NCBI GenBank assembly: GCA_965226555.1
Contig: CBDDDG010000012.1
Coordinates: forward strand, 1-64,000
DNA from: Salinispira sp.
Lineage (GTDB): Bacteria > Spirochaetota > Spirochaetia > DSM-27196 > Salinispiraceae
Reading direction: 5' to 3'
Length of the DNA: 64,000 bases
Shown here piece after piece: positions 51,014-61,419 of the stretch (position 1 is the stretch's first letter; every line of letters begins with the position of its first letter). The translations under genes and the position numbers were made by a program. Below the pieces are notes generated by a model. The model made no database searches and was not told the DNA's origin. It was given only the letters and a program-made list of their open reading frames with translations.

Positions 51014-52024
51014 CCAGAACTTCCCCAACAATTTTTTTGACGGGGTTTTGACAGAATAATGGAGGGAGATTTTGCCCTTGAGCAGTGAGTATGAGGCGGG
51101 AATACCGGGCGCATAGACCACACTTAGCTCAACATCACTCGTAATTACCCAGAACGTCTCCTTCCCTTCGGTGACCCGCAGCACCAGCACCGGCACCGGC
51201 ACACCATGCCATTCGTCAGGCACTGCCTCAATCTGGTAACTCGTTGATCGTTGATAATCATACCCGCTCGCGGTTTGGACTGCATCACTATAGAACCCCT
51301 GATGTTCCATATAGCGGGCTGCGCGATCAAGGAGCAAACGCTCATATTTCCGAGGGGTTCCGTGTCCAGATAATCGAGATCAAACAGACTCTTGCATGAA
51401 AATAATGGCATCGATATAATGAGAGCCATTATTTGTGATAGCTGAACAACCGGTCGTTTCCGAGGGTCGGTTAAATTGGTTGTTTTCAGCATCTGTCCGA
51501 GCCTTTGAATAAAGGTTCGGGCAACACTTTTTTTCTGAGAACACATATAAAGTTTTGCTACTGGAAATTGTGCTTGCGCAATTTTCCAAGGCAAAACTTT
51601 CTACACAATGAGAGAATCAAGAGTATAACAAAGTTTTGCCTGTGGCAAAACTTTCTATACCTTGAGGGAATCAAGAATATGGATGAGAGAATCCTTATTG
51701 GAAAATTGTGCTCTGCACAATTTTCTGTGATGGGAGAATCCTCATTGGAAAATTTTGCAGAGCAAAATTTTCACATAATGCCTCTCCCGTAATAATGGGA
51801 ATTATACCGCGCATAAGTAGATTTTCGAAGGGGCTATGCTCATTTTGCGTGCAAAGAAGACTATGATCAGGTATAATTTTAGTAAAATTGAAATTTTTGA
51901 TTGACATAAAGCTTTTCATTAGGTAAAATACTCAGGAATTCTGTGATGTGTTGATGATTAGTAGATCATGAATGTGTATGAGAGTTCCTGCAATGGTCTG
52001 AAAAAATTTGTTGGGGAAGTTCTG
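51014..52024 (-). mobile_element. multiply deleted copy of the DDE IS with both IRs
   Basis: ccagaacttccccaacaa at 51014, ttgttggggaagttctg ending at 52024; spliced transposase pieces. Confidence 0.9.
51548..51771. mobile_element. 224-bp MITE-like palindromic element with 6-bp TSD
   Basis: cacata duplicated at 51542-51547 and 51772-51777; uninterrupted site visible at ~40472 and ~35056. Confidence 0.8.
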
Positions 52025-52137
52025 CTTGCTGGATTTTGTGGTTGACAAGTTTTCTAATCACAATATATACTGGCTCATATATTTATGAGACCGTTGCTGT
52101 GCAACGATTTCAAACTGTTACTGTAAGGAGTGAAAGT

Positions 52138-53824
52138 ATGAAAATCAAATTTAAGGGGGGGGGTAACTCTCTGCGCATTCTGCTCAATTTTTATTGTATT
52201 AATGGCGGGATGTCCAATGCCGGAACCAACCCCTGAACCCGAACCGATGGTGGAACTAACCCCGCCGGGTACCATGGCTGCTCCAACCCTCGAAGCGGGG
52301 AATGGGCAGATCATTGCCACATGGACTGCGCCTGCCGACAACGGCGGCAGCGAAATTACTGCATACCACCTTCACCATAGCACGGACGGCGGTACCAACT
52401 GGTCGGAATTAATTACCCTCGCCGCGCCAGCCGCAAGCTACACCATGAGGGGCCTCATAAACAGCACTCCCTACGAAGTGCGGGCGCGCGCCGTGAACAA
52501 CAAAGGCGCGGGTATGTGGTCGGAATCTTCCACAGCAACACCTGCCTCAACTCTCACTGTCCCAACCCTTGAACCGGGGTATAAGCGTCTACTGGTTGCA
52601 TGGAGTGCGCCTGCCGACAACGGCGGAGCGGAAATTACCGCATACCACCTGCGCCATAGCACGGACGGCGGTACCAACTGGTCGGAATTAATTATACTCG
52701 CCGCGCCAGCCGCAAGCTACACCATTAGGGGCCTCACAAACGGCAATCCCTACGAAGTACAGGCGCGCGCCGTGAACAACACGGGTGCGGGCAACTGGTC
52801 GGAAATTGCAACGGAAACGCCCTTAGTTGTTATTACGGCATTGCAGACTCCTGGGGGTACGGCAGCATCGCTAAGCCTTTCGGCTGCCAATACTGCCATA
52901 ATTGCCAGTGAGAATCCAACCGTTTTCTTAACCACCGTGAAACCGGACACTCTCGCGGTCAATGAAATATCAGGAACCATTACGGTTACCCCCGCAACTA
53001 CGCCCGTAAGTGTTACCCCACCGACAGTTGATGCGGGTACCGGAATTGTTACGGTTAGCGCAAGTACAACGGCAGGAACATATATGGTATATGGCGAAAA
53101 CGGAAATGGATATGTATGGTTTGCCGAATATCTCTTTGTTACCGTGAGCCCTCAAAATAAAAATGCACTGACACAACAGGTAACTACGGGGATATCAACA
53201 TGGGGCAATACTGCCGATCTCAACTACATTATTACCACGGCGGTAACAGATATGTCCTTAATGTTCTCGAGTAACGCCACATTCAATGGCGATATTTCAC
53301 GCTGGGATACTGGCAGGGTAACGAATATGAAACAAATGTTCTGGAATGCATCCGTATTCAATGGCGATATTTCACGCTGGGATACTGGCGCGGTAACGGA
53401 TATGAGCAATATGTTCCGTATTGCAAGCGTATTCAATAGCGATATTTCCGGCTGGGATGTCAGCTCGGTAAGGGATATGTCATATATGTTCAATAACGCA
53501 ACCATATTCAATAGCGACATCTCACGCTGGGATACTGGCAGGGTAACGAATCTGTCATATATGTTCCTTGACGCAAGAGCATTCAATATCGATATTTCCG
53601 GCTGGAATGTCAGCTTGGTAACGAATATGAATGCGACGTTCGCTGGAACAGCAGCATTCAATCAGGATCTTACCGACTGGGCTTGGGATAACTCGAAGAA
53701 CCCGCCGGTTTACTGGAACAATGCTAACTGGACTAATGGCACATATAACGGAGTCAAAACTAATACGTTTTTGAATTCCGGCGTGGTGGACGGTGTGGGT
53801 GTTCCAACCTGGCATACCCCATAA
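52138..53824 (+). CDS. surface lipoprotein: 2 FN3 + DUF285 repeats (paralogue 4), frameshifted at a G9 tract in the signal peptide
   Basis: RBS aaggag, ATG 52138, G9 at 52155-52163; G8 would give MKIKFKGGVTLCAFCSIFIVLMAGC in frame with ORF 52202-53824. Confidence 0.88.
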
Positions 53825-53838
53825 ATCTGCATGAATAG

Positions 53839-53966
53839 AAACTTTTGCTGCTGAAATTGTGCAAGCGCAATTTTCCAAGGCAAAACTTTATCACTGAAAA
53901 TTGTGCTCTGCAAAACTTTCTACAAAATGCGAGAATGCTAAGCTCATAGAGTCATGCAAAAGTTTC
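53839..53966. repeat. AT-rich modular palindromic repeat
   Basis: gaaacttttgc...aaattgtgc-aa-gcgcaattt...gcaaaagtttc. Confidence 0.88.
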
Positions 53967-54104
53967 TCTTATTATTTTTTGGATAGTGCCTGCATCGCAG
54001 CCGCATATCTTTATCCGCATACATTAACCAAAGAAATTTTTACATTTTTCAAACTTTTTTCGCAAAAACTCAATCACCACGAACATTTCCTCCGTTATCC
54101 TTAT

Positions 54105-55166
54105 ATGAAGAAAAAGAAACGGAATCAGGCGGCTCATCAAAAGCCGCGAAAACAATGGGATGAAACTCATAAGTTCCTGTTTGCCGATGCGGAATCCATA
54201 TATCAACTGCTGCAATTTGTCGATGATGACTGGATCACCTCTATTCGCCCTGAGAACATTACGATTGTGAGCAATGAATTCATCGCTCGGGAGCTCGGAG
54301 GCAAGAAGCTGACGAAGCTCATGCGCAAAATATCGGATATTGTTGCGAAAATTTCCTTCCGATACGGGAACAAGAATGAAGAGAAAACCGTCTATATCAT
54401 TCTGGAACATCAATCGACTGTCGATTATTCCATGCGCAGGCGCCTATTCGTATACACCGATATGCTCGAACAGCATATTCGGAATTCGAAAACGTACCAA
54501 CATCATTGGGTATACCCCATTGTTCTGTACACGGGAATACGGAAATGGCCGCAGAACGCGACGGAAGAAACGCGGGCTGGGATTCCCCCGAGCGCATATC
54601 GCCAATTCTTCGAATATCCTGTTATTGATGTGCATAGGCTCCCGCATGAGAAAATACTGAAGTCCCACGGTCGTGTGGCTGCCTATTTTTACCTTGCGCG
54701 CTACAACAAAGATTTGAATAATGAGGATAATTGCGCTGAATTCACGAAGCATCTTTTGAACATTCTCCAGCATGATACTGGCGAAAAGGTGAAGGAGTCC
54801 TTGTTAATTATGAGCGATGTGCTCTATAATACACACATCTCAGGTGTGAATGTTAACGATTACACTATGAAGGAGGTAATTGATATGATTACAAAAGAAG
54901 GAATAGAAATACTGTTCCCGTGGGAACTGAGAATTTACAAAGAGGTCAAAGCCCAGGTCAAGCGAGAAACTCAGGAAGAAACGAAGGAAATGCAGCGGGA
55001 AGTCCGGCAGGAAGGTCGGCAGGAAGGACTGCGAACAGGTCGTGAAGAAGGCATTCGAGAAACTGCCCGCAGTATGTTTTTGGAAGGGTTGTCGACAGAG
55101 GCTGTTCAGAGGATTACCGGGCTGAGCGATGAGGAAATGCGGACATTGCGGAACGGATCGCATTAA
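54105..55166 (+). CDS. Rpn-family nuclease, intact, third subtype
   Basis: WDETHK, SDIVAK, ILEHQSTVDYSM, IVLYTG, QEG repeats, QRITGLS tail. Confidence 0.92.
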   Translation: MKKKKRNQAAHQKPRKQWDETHKFLFADAESIYQLLQFVDDDWITSIRPENITIVSNEFIARELGGKKLTKLMRKISDIVAKISFRYGNKNEEKTVYIILEHQSTVDYSMRRRLFVYTDMLEQHIRNSKTYQHHWVYPIVLYTGIRKWPQNATEETRAGIPPSAYRQFFEYPVIDVHRLPHEKILKSHGRVAAYFYLARYNKDLNNEDNCAEFTKHLLNILQHDTGEKVKESLLIMSDVLYNTHISGVNVNDYTMKEVIDMITKEGIEILFPWELRIYKEVKAQVKRETQEETKEMQREVRQEGRQEGLRTGREEGIRETARSMFLEGLSTEAVQRITGLSDEEMRTLRNGSH

Positions 55167-55359
55167 TTGAGCAGGGGCAAGCTCAGCTCCGGAGTGAGTA
55201 TGTACTCAATATGCTTAAGGATGGTCTGTCTATGGACCTTATTCATAAGATTACCAAGCTCAGCGGGGATGAAATTCGAACATTTCAGAAAAACGAAAAT
55301 GGCAGGGAAAACGGTAGAGCGTAGCGCAGAGCTCTGCGCTCCACCTCCGGCAGGCGCGG

Positions 55360-55505
55360 GGGGGCTGGTCGGAGGCTTGCACGCCTGCTCGCCCATGCGG
55401 CTGTTGCTGAGACTGGGCTGGTCGGAGGCCTGCGCCTCCTGCTCGCCCATGCGTCTGTTGCTGTGGCGCGACGCTGGTCGGCGCTCCGCGCCCAAGCATC
55501 CGGCG
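55360..55505. repeat. GC-rich repeat family related to 7921-8070
   Basis: gggctggtcggaggc..gc.c..ctgctcgcccatgc twice plus a partial unit. Confidence 0.85.
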
Positions 55506-55561
55506 CGGGTAATCCGCTGTCTGCCTGACCATCTGTTTTGTAACGCGTAGCCGTTATGCGC

Positions 55562-56761
55562 TCATTTCCGGATGATTCGCACGCGGATGACGCCCTCTAT
55601 CTGTTCAATTTTTCGAATGCCCTTGTCCGATAGACAGTCATCGGTATCGATAATGGTAATTGCCGTTTCGTTCCGATGTTTGTTGATCATGTTGGAAATG
55701 TTTATGCCGTTCTCTGCCAGAATGCCGGTTATGCGGCCAACCACCGCCGGAACGTTTTTATTTATAATGACCAGACGGTTATCGGCACTACAGGCCATAT
55801 CTATGACAGGAAAATTGACTGAGTTACTTATGTTCCCCGTTTCCAGATAACGGACAATTTGCGCGCATGCCATAACTGCGCAGTTTTCTTCGGCCTCGGG
55901 TGTTGAAGCTCCGAGATGAGGAGTTGGAAGCACATTTTCCTGCCGAACGAGTTTTTCATTGGGAAAATCGGTAATGTAGCGGGCGACCTTACCCACTTTC
56001 AGGGCAGCAATAATGTCGTCATCGTGCACAAGCGGACCGCGTGAAAAATTGAGAATACGGACGCCTGTTTTCATTTTATCTATGATATCACGATGTATGA
56101 TATGCCGTGTACTGTCGGTGAGGGGAATGTGGATGCTGATAAAATCGCAGCCGCTCACCGCAGTTTCAAGGGCCTGTGCCCGTACTATCTGAGCCCGAAG
56201 CCCCCAGGCGCTGTCTATGGATATGTAGGGATCATAGCCGAGTACGTGCATGCCGAGATCGACAGCGGTATTGGCCACCACTGCCCCAATTGATCCCAGA
56301 CCGAGAACGGCAAGTTTTTTTCCCTTGAGCTCCGGCCCGGCAAAGTTTTTCTTCCCCTTTTCAACTTCATTGGCAAAATTTTCGGAATCGGCCAGCGTGC
56401 GCACCCAGTTTATCCCCTCAATAATCTTCCGATTTGACAGGAGCATACCGCTGAGAACAAGTTCCTTTACGGAATTGGCATTTGCTCCCGGGGTATTAAA
56501 CACAACAATTCCGCGTGCGGTGCATACATCAACAGGAATGTTATTTACGCCCACTCCAGCGCGTGCAATGGCAATGGTACGTTCGGGAATGTTTTCTATT
56601 ACCGCAGAACGAAGAATAATTGCATCCGGATCATCTGAATTGTTCCGGTTCGGTTTGGCGGCGCTGTCAATACGGTATGAAGCAGGATCAAAAACAGCAA
56701 GGCCTGTTGGCGAAATGACATTCCGTGTTTGAATAATAAACATTGTAATCTCCCTATTCAA
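55562..56761 (-). CDS. serA: D-3-phosphoglycerate dehydrogenase with ACT domain
   Basis: ARAGVGVNNI, NTPGANANSVKE, GLGSIG, PHLGASTPEAE. Confidence 0.93.
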   Translation of the reverse strand: MNREITMFIIQTRNVISPTGLAVFDPASYRIDSAAKPNRNNSDDPDAIILRSAVIENIPERTIAIARAGVGVNNIPVDVCTARGIVVFNTPGANANSVKELVLSGMLLSNRKIIEGINWVRTLADSENFANEVEKGKKNFAGPELKGKKLAVLGLGSIGAVVANTAVDLGMHVLGYDPYISIDSAWGLRAQIVRAQALETAVSGCDFISIHIPLTDSTRHIIHRDIIDKMKTGVRILNFSRGPLVHDDDIIAALKVGKVARYITDFPNEKLVRQENVLPTPHLGASTPEAEENCAVMACAQIVRYLETGNISNSVNFPVIDMACSADNRLVIINKNVPAVVGRITGILAENGINISNMINKHRNETAITIIDTDDCLSDKGIRKIEQIEGVIRVRIIRK

Positions 56762-56767
56762 AACTTT

Positions 56768-58678
56768 CTATTCAATTATACTCAGTCCAAGCTCGGTGAG
56801 CTGCTCATTATCAACAGGCGATGGTGAATTGTCCAGAGGATTGATTCCAGCCGTATTTTTCGGAAAGGCGATAACTTCCCGAATGCTGCTTTCTCCAGCC
56901 ATGAGCGCGACAAGGCGGTCTAATCCTGGGGCTATGCCGCCGTGGGGCGGGGCTCCATACTGGAAGGCGCGCAGGAGAAAGCCGAAGCGGCGCTCAGCCT
57001 CTTCCCTGTCCATGCCCACAATAGTGAATATCCGCTGCTGAATTTCGGGATCGTGAATTCTGATTGATCCCGATGCCAATTCAACACCGTTACAGACCAG
57101 ATCGTAGAGGCTCCCCTTAACGGCGCCCGGTTCCTGTTCCATAGTTTCCAGAAACTGTTTCTGCGGCATGGTAAATAGATGATGCGTAGCGTCCCATGCC
57201 TGCCGATCGCCGTTGTACTCGAAGAGGGGAAAGTCCACTATCCATGCAAAGGAAAAGGCGGGGGGCGGGACGGTGGAGGCGGAGGCTACGGGAGTGTGGG
57301 CGGACGCGGGAGTGTTGGCGGGCGCGGAGGCTGCGGTGGATGGAGCCGATGGCAGATTCAGGCTGCCGAGATGTTTCCGTACTGCTCCAAGGGCGGTGCA
57401 GGCGGTTTTCCAGCTGTCTGCAACGAAGAGCAGGAGATCTCCGGGCTTCGCGCCTGTCGCCGAGCAGATTTCTCCGGCCTGTTCAGAAAAGAACTTTCCT
57501 ATGCCGCCATCAAAATACTTTCTGCCGGCATCACCATCAGCAGAATCACCATCACCATCGCCATCAGCAGCATCAGCATTATGCCCGCAGACCCGTGTCC
57601 ATGCGAGCCCCTTTGCGCCGTAGATTTTGGCGATTTCCTCGAGTTCGCTTATCTGCTTCCGGCTGTAAGCGGAGGCGCCGGGGGCGATGAGCAGTTTTAC
57701 GCTGCCGCCGGTTTTGAGTGCCGATTCAAATATACCGAAACCGCTGCCGGGAATGTAAGAAGAAAAATCCTGCAACTGCATATTAAAGCGCAGATCCGGT
57801 TTGTCTGAGCCGTAGCGGTTCATGGCATCATCGTAGGTAATGCGGGGGAAGGGCGTCTGAAGTGTGATGCCGAGGCAGCGCTCGAACAGATGTTTCATGA
57901 GTCCCTCGCTGAGGGCGAAAATATCTTCCTGATCCACAAAGCTCATTTCAATATCAATTTGAGTGTGCTCCGGCTGCCGATCGCCCCTCAGATCTTCATC
58001 TCTGAAACAATGCGCAAGCTGAAAATAGCGGTCAAAACCCGACACCATGAGTAACTGCTTGAAAAGTTGAGGACTCTGAGGCATGGCATAGAATTTTCCG
58101 CGGTTCATGCGGCTGGGAATGAGAAAATCGCGGGCGCCCTCGGGGGTTGAGCGGATCATGGTGGGCGTTTCTATTTCCAGAAAATGGTGTTTTGTAAGAT
58201 ATTCCCGCGCATGCCTACAGACATCTGCGCGCAGCTGTATATTTCTCTGCATGGCAAAGGAACGGAGGTCAATGTAACGGTATTTCATACGCAGTTCATC
58301 GTGCGCTTCGCTGCGCTCATCGACCATAAAGGGCAGTACTTCCGATGTCCCGAGTATTTCAATGTGCGATACCTGAATTTCAATGGCACCGGTGCTCATG
58401 TGGGGGTTTTTCATGGAATGCGGGCGCTTTCGTACCTGTCCTTTTACGGCAATGCAGTACTCAAGTTTGAGTTTTGCGGCGGTTTCTGCGGTTTCAGAAG
58501 GAGCATCATCGTCAATAACGGCTTGGGTTATCCCGTAGCGATCCCTGAGAGTGATGAATTGAATGCTGCCATGATCGCGCTTTCTGTGTACCCACCCGTT
58601 AAGAGTTACCTCTTTGCCGGTGTCGGCGTCAGCGCCGCGCAGTTCCCCGCAGGTATGGGTACGTTTATAATTTTCCAT
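56768..58678 (-). CDS. aspS: aspartate-tRNA ligase
   Basis: RTHTCGELR, STPEGARDF, PQSPQLFKQ, FRDED, GAPPHGG. Confidence 0.98.
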   Translation of the reverse strand: MENYKRTHTCGELRGADADTGKEVTLNGWVHRKRDHGSIQFITLRDRYGITQAVIDDDAPSETAETAAKLKLEYCIAVKGQVRKRPHSMKNPHMSTGAIEIQVSHIEILGTSEVLPFMVDERSEAHDELRMKYRYIDLRSFAMQRNIQLRADVCRHAREYLTKHHFLEIETPTMIRSTPEGARDFLIPSRMNRGKFYAMPQSPQLFKQLLMVSGFDRYFQLAHCFRDEDLRGDRQPEHTQIDIEMSFVDQEDIFALSEGLMKHLFERCLGITLQTPFPRITYDDAMNRYGSDKPDLRFNMQLQDFSSYIPGSGFGIFESALKTGGSVKLLIAPGASAYSRKQISELEEIAKIYGAKGLAWTRVCGHNADAADGDGDGDSADGDAGRKYFDGGIGKFFSEQAGEICSATGAKPGDLLLFVADSWKTACTALGAVRKHLGSLNLPSAPSTAASAPANTPASAHTPVASASTVPPPAFSFAWIVDFPLFEYNGDRQAWDATHHLFTMPQKQFLETMEQEPGAVKGSLYDLVCNGVELASGSIRIHDPEIQQRIFTIVGMDREEAERRFGFLLRAFQYGAPPHGGIAPGLDRLVALMAGESSIREVIAFPKNTAGINPLDNSPSPVDNEQLTELGLSIIE

Positions 58679-58741
58679 TCACAGAAACTATCACAAAGTT
58701 TTGCAAAATGCAAAAGTTTCCATAACAAAGTGCGCATAGTG

Positions 58742-59341
58742 TCAGCGAACCCGCCTACACTCCGTACAGCCGATTACGTGTACATGGTCTTTTCTCCCCT
58801 TTCTGCGGAATGTGCGGGCAACAAGGAAACCATCGGGTGAGAGAGTCTGCCGGCATACCGGACATATGCGCAGATGATCCGGATTTGAAGGCCAACACAG
58901 TGGACATCCGAAAATGTGGGTAAGAATTTCTGTGGTCTCCATCTTGTTAGATGCAAATTTGAATTCGCTTTCCGATATAGCCCCGCTGCCGTGTTGGGAA
59001 GTATGCGCGTGTTGGGGAGTATGCGCGTGTTGGGGAGTATGCGCGTGTTGGGGAGTATGCGCGTGTTGAAGAGTATGCGAGCGCGTATTCTGAAGATAAT
59101 GAACGCTGTGAATCCGGTCGCCCGGTTTACCCAACGAAGAGCAGAGAGGGCAGGGCTTTTTCCTAGTTGATGGCTCTGTCGATGGCGCAGGCTTGGTTGA
59201 TGGTGCTGGCTTGGTTGATGGCGCTGATTTTGCCGATCCGCGGGCCGGCAGTTGAATAGAGCCGCGTTCGCGTTTAATAATACCGATTAACAGAACAACA
59301 ATAACAATTGCTATGACAGCAACAAGAATCTGATTGATCAC
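58742..59341 (-). CDS. membrane-anchored protein with four CxxC motifs and tandem peptide repeats
   Basis: N-terminal TM; CPLC, CPLC, CPVC, CTEC; 18-bp repeats HAHTPQ and PSTKPA. Confidence 0.75.
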   Translation of the reverse strand: MINQILVAVIAIVIVVLLIGIIKRERGSIQLPARGSAKSAPSTKPAPSTKPAPSTEPSTRKKPCPLCSSLGKPGDRIHSVHYLQNTRSHTLQHAHTPQHAHTPQHAHTPQHAHTSQHGSGAISESEFKFASNKMETTEILTHIFGCPLCWPSNPDHLRICPVCRQTLSPDGFLVARTFRRKGRKDHVHVIGCTECRRVR

Positions 59342-59356
59342 GGGCAGTAATCTCCA

Positions 59357-59500
59357 TGAAAATTTTGCTCTGCAAAATTTTGCTATGAGGATTCTCTCAT
59401 CACAGAAAATTGTGCTCTGCACAATTTTCCAATAAGGATTCTCTCATCCATATTCTTGATTCTCTCAAGGTATAGAAAGTTTTGCCACAGGCAAAACTTT
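59357..59500. repeat. AT-rich modular palindromic repeat
   Basis: Approximately the reverse complement of 51630-51772. Confidence 0.92.
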
Positions 59501-59507
59501 ATTCATG

Positions 59508-60290
59508 TTACACTGAATAGCAAAAATCATTAAGCAGTAATGCCGATAGAATATTCCGGTTACTATATTGCGTTATGAGTTTAGTATACATTTTGTTTTT
59601 ATTTTCAATAAATATTACCCCGTCTAATATGGCTACAGGAATTGCATTATGAACATGAGTATCCAAAGTCGAAAGAGCATCTTCAAATTGAGCATTTTGA
59701 TGACCACCAAAATCGGTTAAAAATTTTGCCTCAGCAATAATATATTTTTCATTGAATCTTGCAATAAAGTCCAATCCTTTGTCTCTCGAATATCCAAAAT
59801 ACTCTGTTGCAAAATCCTTTGCGGCTGTATCCGATGATTTCAAAATTGCATTATCATTATTTGCGATAAATTCATCTAATTCTACCGGCAGTATACCAAG
59901 TGGTTTTTTGTCTAACCATTCAGAAAACTTAGGTCCCATCTGCCTGTTAGTTTCTTTTGGTTCGGTAATATTTTCCATAAATTTATCCCATCCGAGCTGA
60001 TACATCAGTCCTGCTAATCTATTTACTGTTTGGGGATTTTTCTCTATTGCTAATGGGTGTCTTTTCAGGAATGCTGTATAGGAATCTTTAACAGGAAACA
60101 AATCCAGCCTTAATGCCTGTTTTATTAATTTTTTATTGTTTTGTTTTTTGTAAGATTCGTAAAGCCTGTTCAAAAGTTCTTCGTCAATATTTCGTCTGAT
60201 GTTTGCTGACAAAGGATAAACAGAGTACAGCCGGTCTAAATAATTATAGTTATTTGCTAATTTTATACTCTGTTGCAGATATTGATTCAT
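59508..60290 (-). CDS. type II restriction endonuclease, Tsp45I-like
   Basis: LFPVKDSY, PKETNRQMGP, KGLDF...EAKFLTDFGGHQNAQF. Confidence 0.8.
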   Translation of the reverse strand: MNQYLQQSIKLANNYNYLDRLYSVYPLSANIRRNIDEELLNRLYESYKKQNNKKLIKQALRLDLFPVKDSYTAFLKRHPLAIEKNPQTVNRLAGLMYQLGWDKFMENITEPKETNRQMGPKFSEWLDKKPLGILPVELDEFIANNDNAILKSSDTAAKDFATEYFGYSRDKGLDFIARFNEKYIIAEAKFLTDFGGHQNAQFEDALSTLDTHVHNAIPVAILDGVIFIENKNKMYTKLITQYSNRNILSALLLNDFCYSV

Positions 60291-61315
60291 CAGATTATCC
60301 CGGTACTGACCTTAATGGTATCAAAATTAAGACTGTCAAGATTTTTTAATGATTTCAGAGTTTGCTGTATTGCTGCTTCCGATTCATCTATGCCGATAAA
60401 CCTCCGCCCCAATTTATACGCTGAAACTAATGTGGTTCCTCCGCCGCAAAAGCAGTCCATAACTATGCTGTCGGCTTTTGAAGAATTCAGGACAATAAGG
60501 TCTGACATGTCTTGATTTTTCTGGGTCGGATAATCGGGATACTGAGGGTCCTTGTATTCCCATATATCCTGTATCTTTTTATCCATATAATCATCTGCAT
60601 ACCTTTTCATTCTCATATTGCCGCTTTTTGAGATTTCAATCATTCCATTATCATAAAGTTTTTCCAATTCCTTGGGAGAATACCTCCAGTGCCTTCCTTT
60701 TGGCGGGCTGGTACCCTTAAAGGGTTTTGAAGATTCCCCGTTTATTGTCTCTCCGGGCGCATGTAAGGGAACAGTTGTATATCGTTTCCCGTTTTCATCA
60801 ATTTTTGAATATCGTTTTTCTATATCGCAATCGGTAACAGCTATTCCGATATCATTCCAAATATAATTATGTGTCTTGGTATAGAACAGGATCATGTCTT
60901 TTACATTGCCGTAGTTTTTTCTTCTAAAGTTTTTCGGGTTACACTTTATTCTTGTTATATCTGCCTTAAAATTATTGAAGCCGAAAATCTCATCAAGCAT
61001 CACTTTTACATAATGACCAATCTTGTAATCTATATGAAAATACAAGGTTCCTTTGTTTGAAAGAAGCCGGTGAATAAGCTTTACCCGCGGACGTATAAAA
61101 TCAAGATAAGATTCCAGAGTAAATTTGTCGGCATAGGCAATACTGCCGTTGCGTAATGCGGATATAGTCGCTGCCCTGTTCTCAGATATTCTGAAAGTTT
61201 GATTTGTCGCAAATGGCGGGTCTGTATACACAAGGTCAATTGTGCCTGAATAACCTTCATCTATAAGGTTCTGCATGACAGTGAGATTGTCGTCTTTAAC
61301 GATGAGGTTGTTCAT
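60290..61315 (-). CDS. cognate N4/N6 DNA methyltransferase
   Basis: YTDPPF, YPTQKN, DCFCGGGTT; stop overlaps REase start. Confidence 0.92.
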   Translation of the reverse strand: MNNLIVKDDNLTVMQNLIDEGYSGTIDLVYTDPPFATNQTFRISENRAATISALRNGSIAYADKFTLESYLDFIRPRVKLIHRLLSNKGTLYFHIDYKIGHYVKVMLDEIFGFNNFKADITRIKCNPKNFRRKNYGNVKDMILFYTKTHNYIWNDIGIAVTDCDIEKRYSKIDENGKRYTTVPLHAPGETINGESSKPFKGTSPPKGRHWRYSPKELEKLYDNGMIEISKSGNMRMKRYADDYMDKKIQDIWEYKDPQYPDYPTQKNQDMSDLIVLNSSKADSIVMDCFCGGGTTLVSAYKLGRRFIGIDESEAAIQQTLKSLKNLDSLNFDTIKVSTGII

Positions 61316-61419
61316 TTTTGCCCTTTCACCCCTTCGGAAGTATTGATGATTGTTGAGGATATTGTCAATAATTGATGATGGAAGTAAAATAGATGAATAC
61401 CGACTGAGGAGAATAACCC

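Noticed and set aside
51548..51771. CRISPR-like array from the AT palindromes
   Set aside because: Linkers between hairpins recur at other loci, so they are not unique spacers
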